A stretch of 64,000 nt of DNA from Octopus vulgaris (Eukaryota). The first letter of the stretch is position 1. Each line of letters begins with the position of its first letter. The notes under the pieces are model-generated. The model was not told the origin of the DNA, ran no database searches, and worked only from the letters and a program-made list of their open reading frames with translations. Positions 62,820 to 64,000 of the stretch are shown piece by piece. The stretch covers positions 5,084,001-5,148,000 of the forward strand of contig OX597819.1 in assembly GCA_951406725.2 (NCBI GenBank), read 5' to 3'. Both the position numbers and the translations under genes were made by a program.

Positions 62820-62829
62820 AATAATAATC

Positions 62830-62861
<32 letters not shown>

Positions 62862-62864
<3 letters not shown>

Positions 62865-63265
62865 ATGAGGTTGAGAATAGGAAGCCGGACATAGTGTTAA
62901 TTGAGAAAGAAAACAAACTATGCTGGATCATAGATATAGCATGCCCAGCTGACAACAAGGTATGCGATAAGGAAGAAAGAAAAGTTGAGAGATATGACAG
63001 GTTAGCTTGGGATGTTAAGCAGTTGTGGTCAATGAAAAAGGTAGCAGTAGTACCAATAATTGTAAGAGCCCTGGGAACAGTGAGCAAAAATCTCGAGAAG
63101 TACGTGGAACAAATAAGGGTGGAGCACTTGCAGAAAACAGCTCTGCTTTGAACCGCTCGAATACTCTGGAAGGTGCTCGAAAAACAAGAGGTGTTGCTTT
63201 AGTTCACTGGTAGTGAACAGCTGACACTGTAGTACATCTCCAGCGTTAGAAGCTGTGCAAAGGCA
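62862..63265 (+). mobile_element. Dong/R4-type non-LTR retrotransposon 3' fragment (restriction-like endonuclease)
   Basis: NRKPDIVLIEK...IIDIACPAD...KVERY...VVPIIVRALGTV...LQKTALL*TARIL; flanked on both sides by (TAA)n. Confidence 0.88.
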
Positions 63266-63270
63266 ATAAC

Positions 63271-63303
<33 letters not shown>

Positions 63304-63305
<2 letters not shown>

Positions 63306-63639
63306 GGGGAGCATCATAGCCATGTGTTGAGAGGGATTCTTTGGGGTTTGAATAATTCACCTCTGGAAACATGGGTGTTTCGTTCAACATCCTTAAACAA
63401 CCCTTAATCAGGGACCTTTTGAGTGGGATGGGCTATCCGACCAGAAGAAATTTCTAACTGGGCCCCACCTGCAAGGTCATGTGCTGTTTATCTTGTTATG
63501 AGATCACCATGTCACGCACATATGGTTGCGATGCATGTGCCTGGTGTACCCTTATCAGACGGGTAATCATGATGGGTATACTGGGCTTCGTTTATTTTAC
63601 CCCAGTGTCACTTTGATGGCATGAACTGCTCTCTCACTC

Positions 63640-63640
<1 letters not shown>
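63304..63640 (+). mobile_element. Probable 3' UTR of a second (TAA)n-associated retroelement
   Basis: Higher-GC block sharply bounded by (TAA)n on both sides; no ORF recognised. Confidence 0.5.
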
Positions 63641-63674
<34 letters not shown>

Positions 63675-64000
63675 TAGCAGCAGTTGCAGTGCAGTGAATA
63701 ACTTCTCTATGATTGTGTTCAATACTTAGACTGATAATAAAAGCAGGAAAATTTTACTAAACTTGAGATATTTAAAACTGACAGAAATAAATCTAAAGAA
63801 CCCACTGTTGATTACAGGTAAACCCAGGATGAAACCCAGTATTGAAACAAAGATAATATTAAATCATGGTACCTCTGCTGCATATAATGTTATATATTTT
63901 CAATAATTAATTTACCTTTAGTCTTCTTGTTTCAGTCATTGGACTGCAACCATACCTGTGCACCACCTTGAAGAGTTTTGTCAAACAAATAGACCCCAGT

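Overview
AT-rich animal genomic DNA packed with microsatellites, tRNA-derived SINEs, decayed LINEs and TTAA-flanked MITEs. The repeat families resemble those I recall from coleoid cephalopods (most likely Octopus); this assignment is from memory, not from a search. There is no complete protein-coding gene, rRNA, functional tRNA or CRISPR array. Nearly all listed ORFs are artefacts of repeats. The only recognisable protein remnants come from transposons: RTE-clade LINEs (one BovB-like), a Dong/R4-type restriction-like endonuclease, a mariner C-terminus, and a piggyBac N-terminus split by a solo LTR. The unique sequence looks T-rich on the + strand and carries several strong splice signals with almost no exon between them: AG|GTAAGT juxtapositions after long AG-free zones (29217, 36224) and frame-preserving 24-nt and 15-nt microexon candidates (37834-37857, 48115-48129). 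My main hypothesis is that the window lies inside a very long + strand gene built from microexons and recursive splice points, and is studded with dsRNA-forming inverted repeats that could be ADAR substrates. Penelope-type hammerhead motifs, a SINE that multimerises at a fixed junction, and a minisatellite apparently born from LINE coding sequence are also noted. Family letters A-F are my own labels, and boundaries of old elements are approximate.
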